Shown piece by piece: positions 12,601 through 21,659 of a stretch of 64,000 nucleotides of DNA. This stretch comes from Schmidtea polychroa (taxonomy: Eukaryota), in assembly GCA_044892525.1 (NCBI GenBank), contig CM097885.1, positions 3,040,001-3,104,000 of the forward strand, read 5' to 3'. Each line of letters begins with the position of its first letter. The first letter of the stretch is position 1. A model generated the notes under the pieces. The model made no database searches. It saw only the letters and a list, made by a program, of their open reading frames with translations, and had not been told where the DNA came from. A program made the position numbers and the translations under genes.

Positions 12601-15600
12601 AGACTCATAAACCTACGATTAAATTAAAAGTTAACAGGCATACGGTACATGCCATTATTGATTCAGGATCAGATTTGACATTGATCGAAGCAAATTTATT
12701 AAATGAAAAAGAATTACAAGCAATAGTGCCGACATTACTTGTTGCATCGGGAGCAAATGGACAACCTATCAATGTTATCGGAACATTAGATTGCGAATTA
12801 AGGTTGTGTGATCAAAAATTTAGACACGATATCAAGGTCACTAGACAATGTATGGCAGAATGTATCGTGGGAATGGATATATTGAAAAAGTTAAAAGATA
12901 TTGTATTTGATTGTGCAACAGGTGAATTAGTGAAAATGACTGGTAGAAAACGGAAAACCTACAGTGTGGATGTAGTGTTTTTGGATAGAACGGTGACAAT
13001 ACCACCGAGGACCGAAACAGTTTGTTTCGTAGCAACACACCAAGAGGTGGAAGGAGATGTTATTTTCGAACCCAGTGAGCAGTTCGTAAATAGGTATAAA
13101 ACGCCTATGGTGCAAAACTTGGCAACAGTACGGGGAGGAAGGATCCCGATTAGATTAACAAATCTAGCGAGCAAATCATTGAGATTATACCCAGAGACTA
13201 GAGTGGGTAAAGTGATACAACTATCTAACATGCAGAAAGAGTCTGAATCGATATTATCAGTAGAAGAGGATGAACGAGATCCTGATATCGAATATTACGA
13301 CGCACCGAGCTGCGATAGTAAAACCTTATCTAGAAAGGAAAACATCAGAGTTAACCAATTGTTACGTAAATATGACCAAGTTTTCGCAAAACACGAGTAT
13401 GACTTAGGGCAAGTTAATATTTTAGAGCATGAAATTAAATTAACAGAAAATAAACCGATAAAAATACGCCCGTATAGAATACCTCAAAGTATACAAGGGT
13501 CCGTTGATAAACAAATTAAATTAATGCAAAAATATAATATAATCAGACCCAGTAAATCTCCATATTCCTCACCTTTGGTGGTTGTAGCTAAAAGAGACGG
13601 CTCAGTTAGATTATGCAATGACTATAGGAAATTAAATGAACAAACAGTTAGTGATAATCACCCGCTACCTTTGCTAGATTACATTTATGATAAAATGAAA
13701 AATTCAAAGTTGTTTACTGTGATGGATGCACAGAAAGGTTTTTATCAAATAAAGATGAGCGAAGACTCAATTCCTATGACAGGATTTTCTACAAGTAGTG
13801 ATCATTTTGAATACTTAGTAATGCCGTTTGGATTAAAAGGAGCCCCTCCAACTTTCCAGAGGGCAATGAATATCATGTTGATGGATGCACATCACGCAAT
13901 GGTATATATAGACGATATTATCATCTTCTCGGAAGACTTAGATAAACATTTGGATCATCTGGAGGACATTTTCAAAAGATTAATTATGGCAAACCTGAAA
14001 GTAAAGCCAAGCAAATGCAAATGGGCAGAATCGGAAGTGATTTACGTAGGGCATGTAATATCACACGATTGCGTAAGACCAGATCCGGCGAACACGGATA
14101 AAGTAAAGAATTTCCCACAACCAGTGAATGTAAAACAAATCAAAGGATTTTTAGGGTTGACGGGATACTATCGGAAATTTATACGAAATTTTTCAGCAAT
14201 AGCTTTTCCTCTAACTACCTTAGAAAAGAAAGGTATAAAATTTTTATGGGGAGAAGATCAGCAACAGGCATTCGATAAGTTAAAAGATGCACTATGCAAA
14301 CCTCCAATTCTACGATTTCCAGATTTTAAAAGACAATTCATGGTGATGACCGATGCATGCACAAGAGGTATAGGTGCCGTTTTGGGACAGAAAGACGAAA
14401 TTGGCGATGAGTACGCTGTAGCATATGCAAGTCGTGGATTGAAGCCACACGAGAAAAGTTATGCTGTAATAGAATTGGAAGCATTAGCATTAGTATTTGC
14501 AGTGGAAAAATTTAGTCATTACCTATGGGGCAGAAAGGTAATTTTCTATACAGATCATAGACCCTTGCAATGGCTGTTAAAACATAGAGACGAAGCATCA
14601 AAATTAGTAAGATGGGCATTGAGATTACAGCCATATAATATCGAAATTGTATATCGTAAAGGTAAAGCTAATGGTAATGCAGACGCATTATCACGAATGG
14701 AACAAGAGCCTGAGTTAGAAGATATAAAGGAAGGAAGATTAGAAGGAACAATCTTCATGCTAACAAGAGAGGCTAACACTTTGAGCGATATAGTAGAAGC
14801 ACAGAAAAATGATGACGAAATCAATATGATCAGACAAGCTATAGAAGCAAAGGCCATACCAAATGAATTTCAGAAATATTGGGAGAAACATAAAGATAAA
14901 TTCATATTGGAAGAAGGGCTAATCAAATACGTTGAATCAAGGGATAATGTAATATTAGTACCAAAGAAATACAGAGAATCACTATTATTACAATACCACG
15001 ACGGAGCACTGGGAGGACATCTCTCAGCTAGACATACACTGTCAAGATTAAAAATGAAATACTTCTGGCCAGATATGAAAGATGATGTTAAAAAGTGGTG
15101 TCAATCATGTAAGATATGTATAACCAGAAGGAACACAGGCAGGAAACCACATGTTCCATTGAAACCAATGCCAGTACCGTCCTCGCCAATGGAGATGACT
15201 GCTATGGACGTACTAGGGCCTTTTAAAGAATCAAAAATGGGAAATAAATTTATCATAGTATTTTGCGATTACTTAACCAAGTGGCCCGAAGCATTCCCAA
15301 TTCCGAATCATAAGGCAGACACAATTGCCAGAATCTTTGTAGAACAAATTGTATTCAGATATGGTGTTCCAACAAAATTACTTACCGACAGAGGAAAGGA
15401 TTTCATGAGTAATCTGTTAAAAAGTATAAATGATTATTTTGGTATTCTAAAATTAAATACCTCACCATACCATCCACAGACGGATGGATTGGTAGAAAGG
15501 TTCAATGGAACCTTGGCAAACATGTTATCATCATACGTAAACTCAGGTCAGACGGACTGGGATGTACACATACCATCGTGTTTGTTTGCGTACAGAAATG

Positions 15601-17147
15601 CTGTTCATTCAGTAACAGGAGAAACACCTTTCTATCTGATGTATTTAAGGCATAGCAAGATGCCAGTCGATCTTATATTTTATCCGAAAGCTTCACAGAA
15701 TTGTGACGAAGGAAATTACTTATTCGAGATGAGAGAGAGAATGCAAGAAGCCTGGGAGAAAGCAGGTTTGAACATTCGTTATAACCAAGAAACAATGAAA
15801 GAATATCATGATCGTAAAGCGAAGGATCATGGGTTTTTGGTAGGAGATTATGTCATGTTAGAAGGACATTACAACAAAAAAGGTTTATCTCCAAAATTAA
15901 TGAGAAATTACAAAGGGCCGTATCAAATTTTGAAAGTCACAGAAACCAATTTAGTCTTACAGTTAGTGGCAAACAGAAAAGCCGAACCGATAATGGTTCA
16001 TGCAAACAGATGTAAAAAGATAGCCCCACCAGAAAAGGAGAAACCAAAATCAGAAATCAATGAATTCGAAATAGATAAGAAATCGAAAAAGAAAACGTTG
16101 GAATCATACAAAAGTATCCTAAAAGGACAACCGGAACGATACCCCTTACGATCTCGGCAAGTACCGAAAACAGTTACATTTCTAGCAGTGATTAGTTGTC
16201 TTATGATGATTGGACAAGCATTCGAGGTATTCACACCTAAAGCCAGTCAACATCCAGATATCGAATATCAACGAACAGATAGAGCGTTCAGATTTCATTT
16301 AACGAATATACAATGGCATAGATATGATTTATATTTGGTAGCTGCTGAAAGAGGGATATCATTTCACTTGAATACATGGGATCGAGTAAAAGTAATAGAA
16401 GGACTTATGCCGAATACAAGTTATCTATTAGAAATCAAAACATTTTTTGCAGATCCAAACGTTTTTGCAGACGGCGGAGATTGTGTAGATAAAGCAGCAT
16501 GGATTTTGAAGACTGCAAAATTTACCAAAAAAGTAGAGATTTCATATCTCAGGCAGATAGTTAGATTTACTCATCCACGGTGGAAAAGAAATGACACATC
16601 TTCCACTCACGATTGGAGGACGAATAATAAAATTGCGCTAATCGTCATATTAGAAAACGACCAGCGAGTCGAGAGATTAGTGCTCAACCATGCGTATCTA
16701 AGTAGAAGATGGAAAATCAAACCAGACACCGTGACAAAAGCGAATATTTCGTATTTGGAATTTACGGAGAGAACCGGTTGGTATACAATATATCAAGAAA
16801 TAGTAAATCTAATACCTCCCACAAAGGGAGAACTAACTAGCAAAGAAGGAAAGGCTAGATTAGTAAATATTCCTGGTTGTAAAGGAATAAATGCTTTAGA
16901 TTGGTTTAGTATTAGAAAGGTAGCGAGTGTAAAACAGCCCCGCATAACTAAAATAATTAATAATTGTAGTTGTCAAAATACGTTAAAGGGGGCAGCGAGG
17001 GAGAAAACGCCAACATGGCTATTGTTAATTATGATAGGGGGAGTAATTTGCATGATTTTAATTTTGCTTTTAACCACCCTATGGATGTTTAGATTAAATA
17101 TACGAGATATGCGTTATTGGGAAAATATTTACGAAACCGAGGTATAG
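6660..17147 (+). CDS. 3495-aa polyprotein: Gag(4 CCHC)-Ubl-Ubl-AT-hook-Bcl2-like-Env glycoprotein-PR-RT-RNaseH-IN-FN3-like TM protein
   Basis: Four CX2CX4HX4C knuckles; protease IIDSGS (~12654); RT MPFGL and YIDD (~13905); RNaseH TDAC..GAVL..ELE..TDH; IN HHCC plus D,D(35)E (MDVLGP, TDRG, GLVER). Accessory domains are described in findings. Confidence 0.95.
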   Translation: MAEINNLQNLNENNLQNNNVPVAQPPAVDFMRYPTIPIKPFSGNPGEFPEFMSEYFQLARALGFPEPVMILRLPLYLKGMAREIYNDVIIAEHPVEWNVLRLALQNRILPGDATRVLRQQFYNRRQNSGEHVGEFSYQIMMLAERAFGNRAAWNDATRALVKDQFWSGLSSAMRNALSLHIGDNLEELTRKACLIESSIEKSNNFAISSNKSDIECFNCHKKGHMSKDCKSRNNSPGDKLCTKCGRNNHVASNCRISDLNCEKCKRKGHVASVCKASFGGNNSNNNNNRNRSPDRNFRGNNNNNNNFQSRNNNFNNNIKRDEVNSGGKIKCHKCGKFGHIMRSCPQNQLSNNNGSGNNGNNRSKQTTFAVNSDHKLTYLQQLELEIQEERNRLARLTTNETDGYDENEGVYMTSARKRRNKNNYVELEVLMLQESPREDKEEKTMVMEPEVCEGLQVSPRKNLVAVAMEPEANREIEGLPVSPVKNRKAMDMDPVVNEIVPTEVLEKRWASVIEPEVLIATSSMRGECGSEPIKVREASKEERNPIDDCRKILLRKSVWQREMRQKLENIRLNPVNENEVDKVMDIISELDRNEEYYPELREILRNIGLNWKQRENLEDSTIFVSFPKGCFRRYTINPSEKVEALAKRVSVVKPQQRCKLYLLGERLLEGETLLDCGILPGKNMVIKAKFHKETVTVVDLDNVLTISEIEIDQLNQISAVPHRLGIELMKNPRDGEAIKMIMDWILELRIPVDTLREIMPLVVPLVKETSQFQTQAKMLLIKNGHAIRHLEGRQGPVMLDIRIPRRGHLIQQFSCYHRVKKLRKRISEILKESFLIMIHGCQVDDDEFLVDVGCFPNEETVVLILLVEFPEDEWATLRLPDNAEMEDETVHPEQKQVDGNTHQEPVTTVDLDEEIDKYLKELDNTEDELVEIFPTEEDNEVQLNRDETNNGASTSRQVEPPRERVSPKLVENKKKRERRGRPRKSQMNPPPRELLKPVTIQNVTKQALAGIASQIDKSVGDASDKTETWKRLNQILRLIKPDWQIKKDKSVNVDKIAEKVKKAMEKIPGSTTEQEMFEIAGQFIDEGLTKGKMITILALMFKNALSIIKDDSSKIPAAIDKLTDIIEVNFRTWMTEHKFWDIKETKGKYELNEELLTENISSSPRGTGGFTSWMMMLLVMMGILRQTNSLTAYDCSEPILSRIYSLVDTVECKEAYPDKVAKREDVEYHVYQQTEFYRTRVRECRIQRATFEYYCGSNSYSAFLGAKLIPIPLIIPPEDCVNAFRSKTVKIDQEVTITAEEGKKLGITITRGGPIAEDGSCHGRKKVRGSNVVSYVVTVEDYTVELIEYEGTFEVSTGKMMSHPECNVKYGYCKTSLAVLTYQSMRDFCDLGYLKKVVFSRLDGKSFASQDSQQSGWGDKITHKTKKEVVPEKSTAVVLVSKDPTDAIRLVRKKQTTKCGVPIFETNYKGIYLAYKYVPAAESLHLSDIKIAKYINNKIDFLYHDLQKQLLDVYQEVILNDCRLNREIIRNRLAISIANPDLIMPMLTEEGTFGRILGEAIYSYQCKAIEVEITKYDRCTLELPVKYKGKLRFLMPVSHQLLKEDTSPLTAICNPAMSPLYKINNIWISLPDRKPPSKPVEVLQATKLETKMEFQPLNEMSKGGVYTPEDIEEARRAIVFPQIRDRGVTEIITRIYQSYDGKPDYNLLFGPEHYKQAASNVIRKIWGRFTSFGIFVAGCSGIYAIVMILKIIISQLFSTYSIFKIGGWSWKLLLGMCPVCADFAVFHHHNKEIKRMKRQTIKKHELIMYEPSHRDDDNSDEGGNLEGYETSDNTSIKPDNKKPKFQNFENSTLQQYPVKAKRRKRQEWPVNYLSPYEGRKKIIPERVEEEMLKRLEFRTNTDISPSTSYPTYKMKFETMPPLGTSVFEMVPKYPFSTLERLKEEYKDEIKSENDKDSDDQQKFRDNIRGISTILMVNMGKKTHKPTIKLKVNRHTVHAIIDSGSDLTLIEANLLNEKELQAIVPTLLVASGANGQPINVIGTLDCELRLCDQKFRHDIKVTRQCMAECIVGMDILKKLKDIVFDCATGELVKMTGRKRKTYSVDVVFLDRTVTIPPRTETVCFVATHQEVEGDVIFEPSEQFVNRYKTPMVQNLATVRGGRIPIRLTNLASKSLRLYPETRVGKVIQLSNMQKESESILSVEEDERDPDIEYYDAPSCDSKTLSRKENIRVNQLLRKYDQVFAKHEYDLGQVNILEHEIKLTENKPIKIRPYRIPQSIQGSVDKQIKLMQKYNIIRPSKSPYSSPLVVVAKRDGSVRLCNDYRKLNEQTVSDNHPLPLLDYIYDKMKNSKLFTVMDAQKGFYQIKMSEDSIPMTGFSTSSDHFEYLVMPFGLKGAPPTFQRAMNIMLMDAHHAMVYIDDIIIFSEDLDKHLDHLEDIFKRLIMANLKVKPSKCKWAESEVIYVGHVISHDCVRPDPANTDKVKNFPQPVNVKQIKGFLGLTGYYRKFIRNFSAIAFPLTTLEKKGIKFLWGEDQQQAFDKLKDALCKPPILRFPDFKRQFMVMTDACTRGIGAVLGQKDEIGDEYAVAYASRGLKPHEKSYAVIELEALALVFAVEKFSHYLWGRKVIFYTDHRPLQWLLKHRDEASKLVRWALRLQPYNIEIVYRKGKANGNADALSRMEQEPELEDIKEGRLEGTIFMLTREANTLSDIVEAQKNDDEINMIRQAIEAKAIPNEFQKYWEKHKDKFILEEGLIKYVESRDNVILVPKKYRESLLLQYHDGALGGHLSARHTLSRLKMKYFWPDMKDDVKKWCQSCKICITRRNTGRKPHVPLKPMPVPSSPMEMTAMDVLGPFKESKMGNKFIIVFCDYLTKWPEAFPIPNHKADTIARIFVEQIVFRYGVPTKLLTDRGKDFMSNLLKSINDYFGILKLNTSPYHPQTDGLVERFNGTLANMLSSYVNSGQTDWDVHIPSCLFAYRNAVHSVTGETPFYLMYLRHSKMPVDLIFYPKASQNCDEGNYLFEMRERMQEAWEKAGLNIRYNQETMKEYHDRKAKDHGFLVGDYVMLEGHYNKKGLSPKLMRNYKGPYQILKVTETNLVLQLVANRKAEPIMVHANRCKKIAPPEKEKPKSEINEFEIDKKSKKKTLESYKSILKGQPERYPLRSRQVPKTVTFLAVISCLMMIGQAFEVFTPKASQHPDIEYQRTDRAFRFHLTNIQWHRYDLYLVAAERGISFHLNTWDRVKVIEGLMPNTSYLLEIKTFFADPNVFADGGDCVDKAAWILKTAKFTKKVEISYLRQIVRFTHPRWKRNDTSSTHDWRTNNKIALIVILENDQRVERLVLNHAYLSRRWKIKPDTVTKANISYLEFTERTGWYTIYQEIVNLIPPTKGELTSKEGKARLVNIPGCKGINALDWFSIRKVASVKQPRITKIINNCSCQNTLKGAAREKTPTWLLLIMIGGVICMILILLLTTLWMFRLNIRDMRYWENIYETEV

Positions 17148-17347
17148 GGGGAAAGTCTCACCATATACTAGGAAGTGTAAATATATATAGTTATTTATTT
17201 CATATGTTATTTATATTAGTATGTAGACTAATGTGGGCTCAAATGAGCATCGGTAAAATCAGACATCAGCGTATGTCGACTTTGGTTACCCTGCGAGGGT
17301 CTATCACGAAAGTGATAAAAGCTGTTAATTATTTTATTTTTAGAAAA

Positions 17348-19420
17348 ATGAATTATAACAGAGAATCAAAGCCGCCAGTCAAAGCAAATCGACGACACCC
17401 ATTGGCAACGTACAATTCCCAAACTCGAGTTGAAACGGAAGTGTATAGCACCTATAAAGAAGAGTATGTATATCGGTTCATCGGAACCACGGTAGCAGCA
17501 AAGATGAATCACCTCACCTCAAACTATTGGTATTATCCCAGGAGAGTGGATATTCCAAACGACTTCAAATTCCCAGGAGGGCCTCGAAGGCAAATGATGG
17601 TAACGGTTATAAATAACCAAGGTAGATTAAAATTGGCGGAACTATGTAGAGAGTATGGTTCATGTCCGAAAGTAGAAAACATTTGGATCCATGCGATCAA
17701 TAGGCCATTTACTGTGTTTATGGCGGGTTTAGAGCTACCTGTTGAATTAGAAAAACAGTGTACTCTGGAGATATACCACGCTGATGGACGAGAACGGAAT
17801 ATTATGATCCAGGCAGCAGCGGTGGACACCATAATCGTAGTGGAAATCTTAGACTTCAGGAAACCATACTCTATAGTTAGCAAAAACGAGCCAACTTGGA
17901 TTTATAATGTAAATGAAGCTGATATACAGCAGTGTAAATCATTCGTGAGGAAGAAGTTAACCAAAGCCGAGGAGGATGAGGCTACAATTTTCATATCGGC
18001 AGGTTTTGCCAAATCCCGAATCGAATTGAAGGAGACAATTATCCAAATCGCAATTATGGATATGAGAGGAAATAATTTATTGAGTGCGGTAGTGACTCCC
18101 AGAGATCCTGTAAAACACTACCAAACGCACCAATACAAGTTAAAGGAACCCGACATTAGAGGAAACCTCGACGAAGATGATTGTCATCATCTGATAAGAA
18201 AGATCTGCGATAAGAAAATACTGGTAGGTATTTTACTTAAAGATCTGATCTCGGTAGCCAATCTACCAGTGCAGCGAATTTTGGGTATTCGTGACCTTTC
18301 TGCAAATAAACTATTGGAAACCAGAGGAGTCCCAAAGATCCATGGTCATTACAGATTGGGATTCCTGACAAAAACTTTCCTGCGTACGGTTCCCGGAGAA
18401 CCAAGGAATTTAGTGGTCACCAATGAGGCACTGGCAATACGTGCTGTTTATTTACATATCAGAAACGAATGGTTAGACCATATCACGATACCTCAGGAGG
18501 AATTCATTTCCGCAACTACAGCAGCGATAGTTGAACAAGAAATGACGCAGAAGAGGAGATTACCTGAGCAACCATCTACATCAGAGCAACCCCAGCCCAA
18601 GAGGAAATCACCTGTGGATCTACCACCGCCTCCAGCCATATCTATTGGAGAAGAAGATGAATATGAAACATGTGCTAGTGAAATAGAGACAGCAAAATCA
18701 CCTAAACAACCATCAGGAGCTGCCTATCAGCCAAAGGATAAATCGGATAATGCGGTCAGAAAAGAAAATCCAGAAGGAGGCAAGGTGAAAAAGATGTTAA
18801 AGAAAATGTTACCCATTAAAAGAGACAAATCGAAGTTAAAGTTGAAGAAAGTTGTTAAACCGTCGGAAGGAACGACAAAAGATACACCCAGCGGTTCGGA
18901 AGATAGGACTATTAAACCTCAAAAGATATTCAGCGAACCAGATGATGACATTATGGAAGTTGCCTTTCAACCTCCGGTTAAGGAGATGCAGGAAGCAATA
19001 AAGGTTAAATCTGAACCTGTGGTAAGGCAGAAATTGTTAAAGATTGCCAAGGAGAATATCATCAAGAAACCAGTTTCGGTTGATGTGGACGGTTTCGAAC
19101 CAATGTGGTACAAACGTCCGGATAGTAAATGGAAACCCAGAGCGAAGGAGTATGACTGCCAACCAGTCACGAGAATGGCAGTCAATAATAACCAAAAATA
19201 TGATGTTTATGACGTAGACGGGATCCCTTACGTGGTGTCTACAGTCATATTAACAAGTGCTCTGGATGGTAAGCCTTTAGCAGTGAGTTTTGAGCCAGAT
19301 GTCTTACAGAAGAGGAAGAAGAAGTTGTTGCAGCAATACGTCATTGCGAATAGCTACAGCACAAAGGAAGTGCACCTTTACAAAGTTCCAGACCCAGATC
19401 CCGATGATCTGGATATCTAA
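17348..19420 (+). CDS. ORF2: REX4/ISG20-like DEDDh exonuclease fold (probably inactive) plus disordered Lys/Pro-rich C-terminus
   Basis: Open frame 17117-19420; likely start at ATG 17348 after an acceptor-like TTTTTAG. IAIMD..GNNLLSAVVTPRDPVKHYQT...KILVG...IRDLS aligns with REX4-type VSIVN..G..VYD.YVKP..PVTDYRT...ILVGH...IRDT. Confidence 0.7.
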   Translation: MNYNRESKPPVKANRRHPLATYNSQTRVETEVYSTYKEEYVYRFIGTTVAAKMNHLTSNYWYYPRRVDIPNDFKFPGGPRRQMMVTVINNQGRLKLAELCREYGSCPKVENIWIHAINRPFTVFMAGLELPVELEKQCTLEIYHADGRERNIMIQAAAVDTIIVVEILDFRKPYSIVSKNEPTWIYNVNEADIQQCKSFVRKKLTKAEEDEATIFISAGFAKSRIELKETIIQIAIMDMRGNNLLSAVVTPRDPVKHYQTHQYKLKEPDIRGNLDEDDCHHLIRKICDKKILVGILLKDLISVANLPVQRILGIRDLSANKLLETRGVPKIHGHYRLGFLTKTFLRTVPGEPRNLVVTNEALAIRAVYLHIRNEWLDHITIPQEEFISATTAAIVEQEMTQKRRLPEQPSTSEQPQPKRKSPVDLPPPPAISIGEEDEYETCASEIETAKSPKQPSGAAYQPKDKSDNAVRKENPEGGKVKKMLKKMLPIKRDKSKLKLKKVVKPSEGTTKDTPSGSEDRTIKPQKIFSEPDDDIMEVAFQPPVKEMQEAIKVKSEPVVRQKLLKIAKENIIKKPVSVDVDGFEPMWYKRPDSKWKPRAKEYDCQPVTRMAVNNNQKYDVYDVDGIPYVVSTVILTSALDGKPLAVSFEPDVLQKRKKKLLQQYVIANSYSTKEVHLYKVPDPDPDDLDI

Positions 19421-19654
19421 CCCAAGAGCGTTGCCACCCAACATGTGTCGTCAAATTCAAATGTGTACAAAATGACTTAACTATTATTTGAGTTGTGTTT
19501 TTCAGTGTTCTGACATTCATTATTTGTGATCTGAAACATTTATATTTTTTGTGTTTTGTCTTATTTGATTAATTTTTATGTTTTATTGTAATACTGTTTA
19601 CCAAAAGCCTTTCCTTAGTCTTGGTTTTGTCTTGTTTTCGAGACGAAAATCTTT

Positions 19655-19668
19655 TAGGGGGTAAGACT
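19655..19668 (+). promoter_or_regulatory. Polypurine tract
   Basis: TAGGGGGTAAGACT immediately 5' of the 3' LTR. Confidence 0.8.
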
Positions 19669-20745
19669 TGTTAAGGATAGGCCTGGGGCCTGGAGTGTAA
19701 AATAAATAAAGAATTACTATATTTAGAAACAGTATTAATAAAAAATTACTGAAAATAAAAGATAGGTTTTATTAATTACTATTAATAGATTTAGGTAATA
19801 TATAGGAATATTTGATAATACTATTACTATATATAGTAATTATAAAATTACTATTAATATAATAAATAATTATAATGTGATATAAATACTGGTTCAAACG
19901 AGAATCAAGGGACGATAAAAACATAGACAATAAAATTGACGATAATTTGCGGACGGGAAAACTGACAAGAAAGTTCGAAAAGGAATTGAAACAATAATTT
20001 AGAAAATTATTATCATTTTGAAAACGAAAACGTGATTAAAGAATCACTGTGTCAATTATTAAGTTTAGAAGTTCAACATTTGTCTACAACAATAAAACGT
20101 GATTAAAGAATCACGGTGTTCATCAATCAACCAGACGATAACTCAACTCAAATTTCAGATCGTTTTACAAATTAGAAAGTGACTATAAATTGTCAAACGG
20201 AACAAACTAGAATCAGAGAGAATAATTTTGGAGAGAAAATTGGAACAGATTCGTGAAACAATAGAAAGGAGCTATTAATCTAGAAGGTAAAAGAAGTTCT
20301 GTACTTGAGTTGTGTAAGGATAAATTATTATCCTTGTGAAGTGAGATAATTAAAATAAAGCGAACACAAAGCACAGACAGCGGCTTTCGTGTTACCTGGT
20401 AGCCCCAAAATCAGCCCTCTTACTTTACCGTCATCTTTTCAATTTATTTAGCGATCGTTGTGCTACACAGGAGCCATCGATTTCTTGCAGGCTGTGGTAA
20501 ACAGTAAGGATTAATAAATCCGTTTTCTTGTATTCTTTGCACATATATTATAAATATCTGTTGTAAATTATTAAATACATTTTTATAAAAGAGAAAGGCG
20601 TTTGTTGTTAATTCAGTGATTTAAAAACTCATATACGCAACCACATTAAATAACTTATTTATATTTATTTTTATTTATTTATCTTAATTAAGTTATTGGA
20701 GTCATTTGTGTTAAGATCTGTAGTCCCCGTTTTTCGATCTTAACA
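19669..20745 (+). repeat. 3' LTR (1077 bp)
   Basis: No differences from the 5' LTR seen by eye. Confidence 0.97.
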
Positions 20746-21315
20746 TATGTAATAATTTAATTTTGTTTAAATCGTTGATTATATGATAATATTTTTTTTT
20801 GTTTTAATTATCAATTATGTAATAATTAAATTTTGTTTAAATCGTTGATTATATGATAATATTTTTATTTTTGTTATAATTATCGATTACTTAATAATTT
20901 AATTTTGTTTAAATCGTTGATTATATAATAATATGTTTATTTTTGTTTTAATTATCGATTACTTAATAATTTAATATTGTTTAAATCGTTAATTATATAA
21001 TAATATTTTTTTTGTTTTAATTATTAATTATGTAATAATTTTATTTTTTTAAATTGTTGATTAAATGATAATATTTTGTTTTTGTTTTAATTATCGATTA
21101 CTTAATAATTTAATATTGTTTAAATGGTTAAATATATAATAATATTTTTTGTTTTAATTATCAATTACGTAATAATTTAATTTTGTTTAAATTGTTGATT
21201 TTATGATAATATTTTTATTTTTGCTTAAATTATCGATTATGTAATAATTTAATTTTATTTAAATCGTTGATTATATTTTTTTTGGTTTAATTATCGATTA
21301 CGTAATAATTTAATT
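20746..21315 (+). repeat. ~60-65-bp AT-rich satellite (TTTAAATCGTTGATTAT...ATCGATTA), target of the LTR insertion
   Basis: Same unit at 5350-5444; inverted at 33240-33540 and 34660-34905. Confidence 0.85.
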
Positions 21316-21357
21316 TATCATTATTATTGGGAAAGAACGCCCGCGCGGAAGATTACA

Positions 21358-21419
<62 letters not shown>

Positions 21420-21420
<1 letters not shown>

Positions 21421-21628
21421 GCAAATCTTCATAAAACTTAATTTCTACGTCAATTTCATGATTTTCAACATTTTCATCATTTGCATATTTTAATAATTTT
21501 TAATATTTTCATAATTTTTTCCATTTTCAGTATTTTCATTATTATTTCAGGAACATTTTAATTAGTTACATGAACATTTTCATCAAATATTTTTCAAAGT
21601 AATATTTCCGTTCAGTTTTTCAAAGTTC

Positions 21629-21659
<31 letters not shown>

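Larger units (their letters stand above)
5445..20745 (+). mobile_element. Full-length env-containing Ty3/Gypsy-type LTR retrotransposon (endogenous retrovirus-like), 15.3 kb
   Basis: Paired LTRs TGTTAAG...CTTAACA, 4-bp TSD TATG (5441-44, 20746-49), PBS, PPT, and PR-RT-RH-IN order. Confidence 0.97.

Noticed and set aside
17117..17347. TTG start and overlap of ORF2 with the polyprotein as a programmed frameshift
   Set aside because: No clear slippery heptamer, and the region is AT-rich and intron-like; splicing to ATG 17348 is more parsimonious but untested.
7243..19185. Short antisense or alternate-frame ORFs within the Gypsy coding region
   Set aside because: Shadow ORFs of long coding frames, with no motifs.
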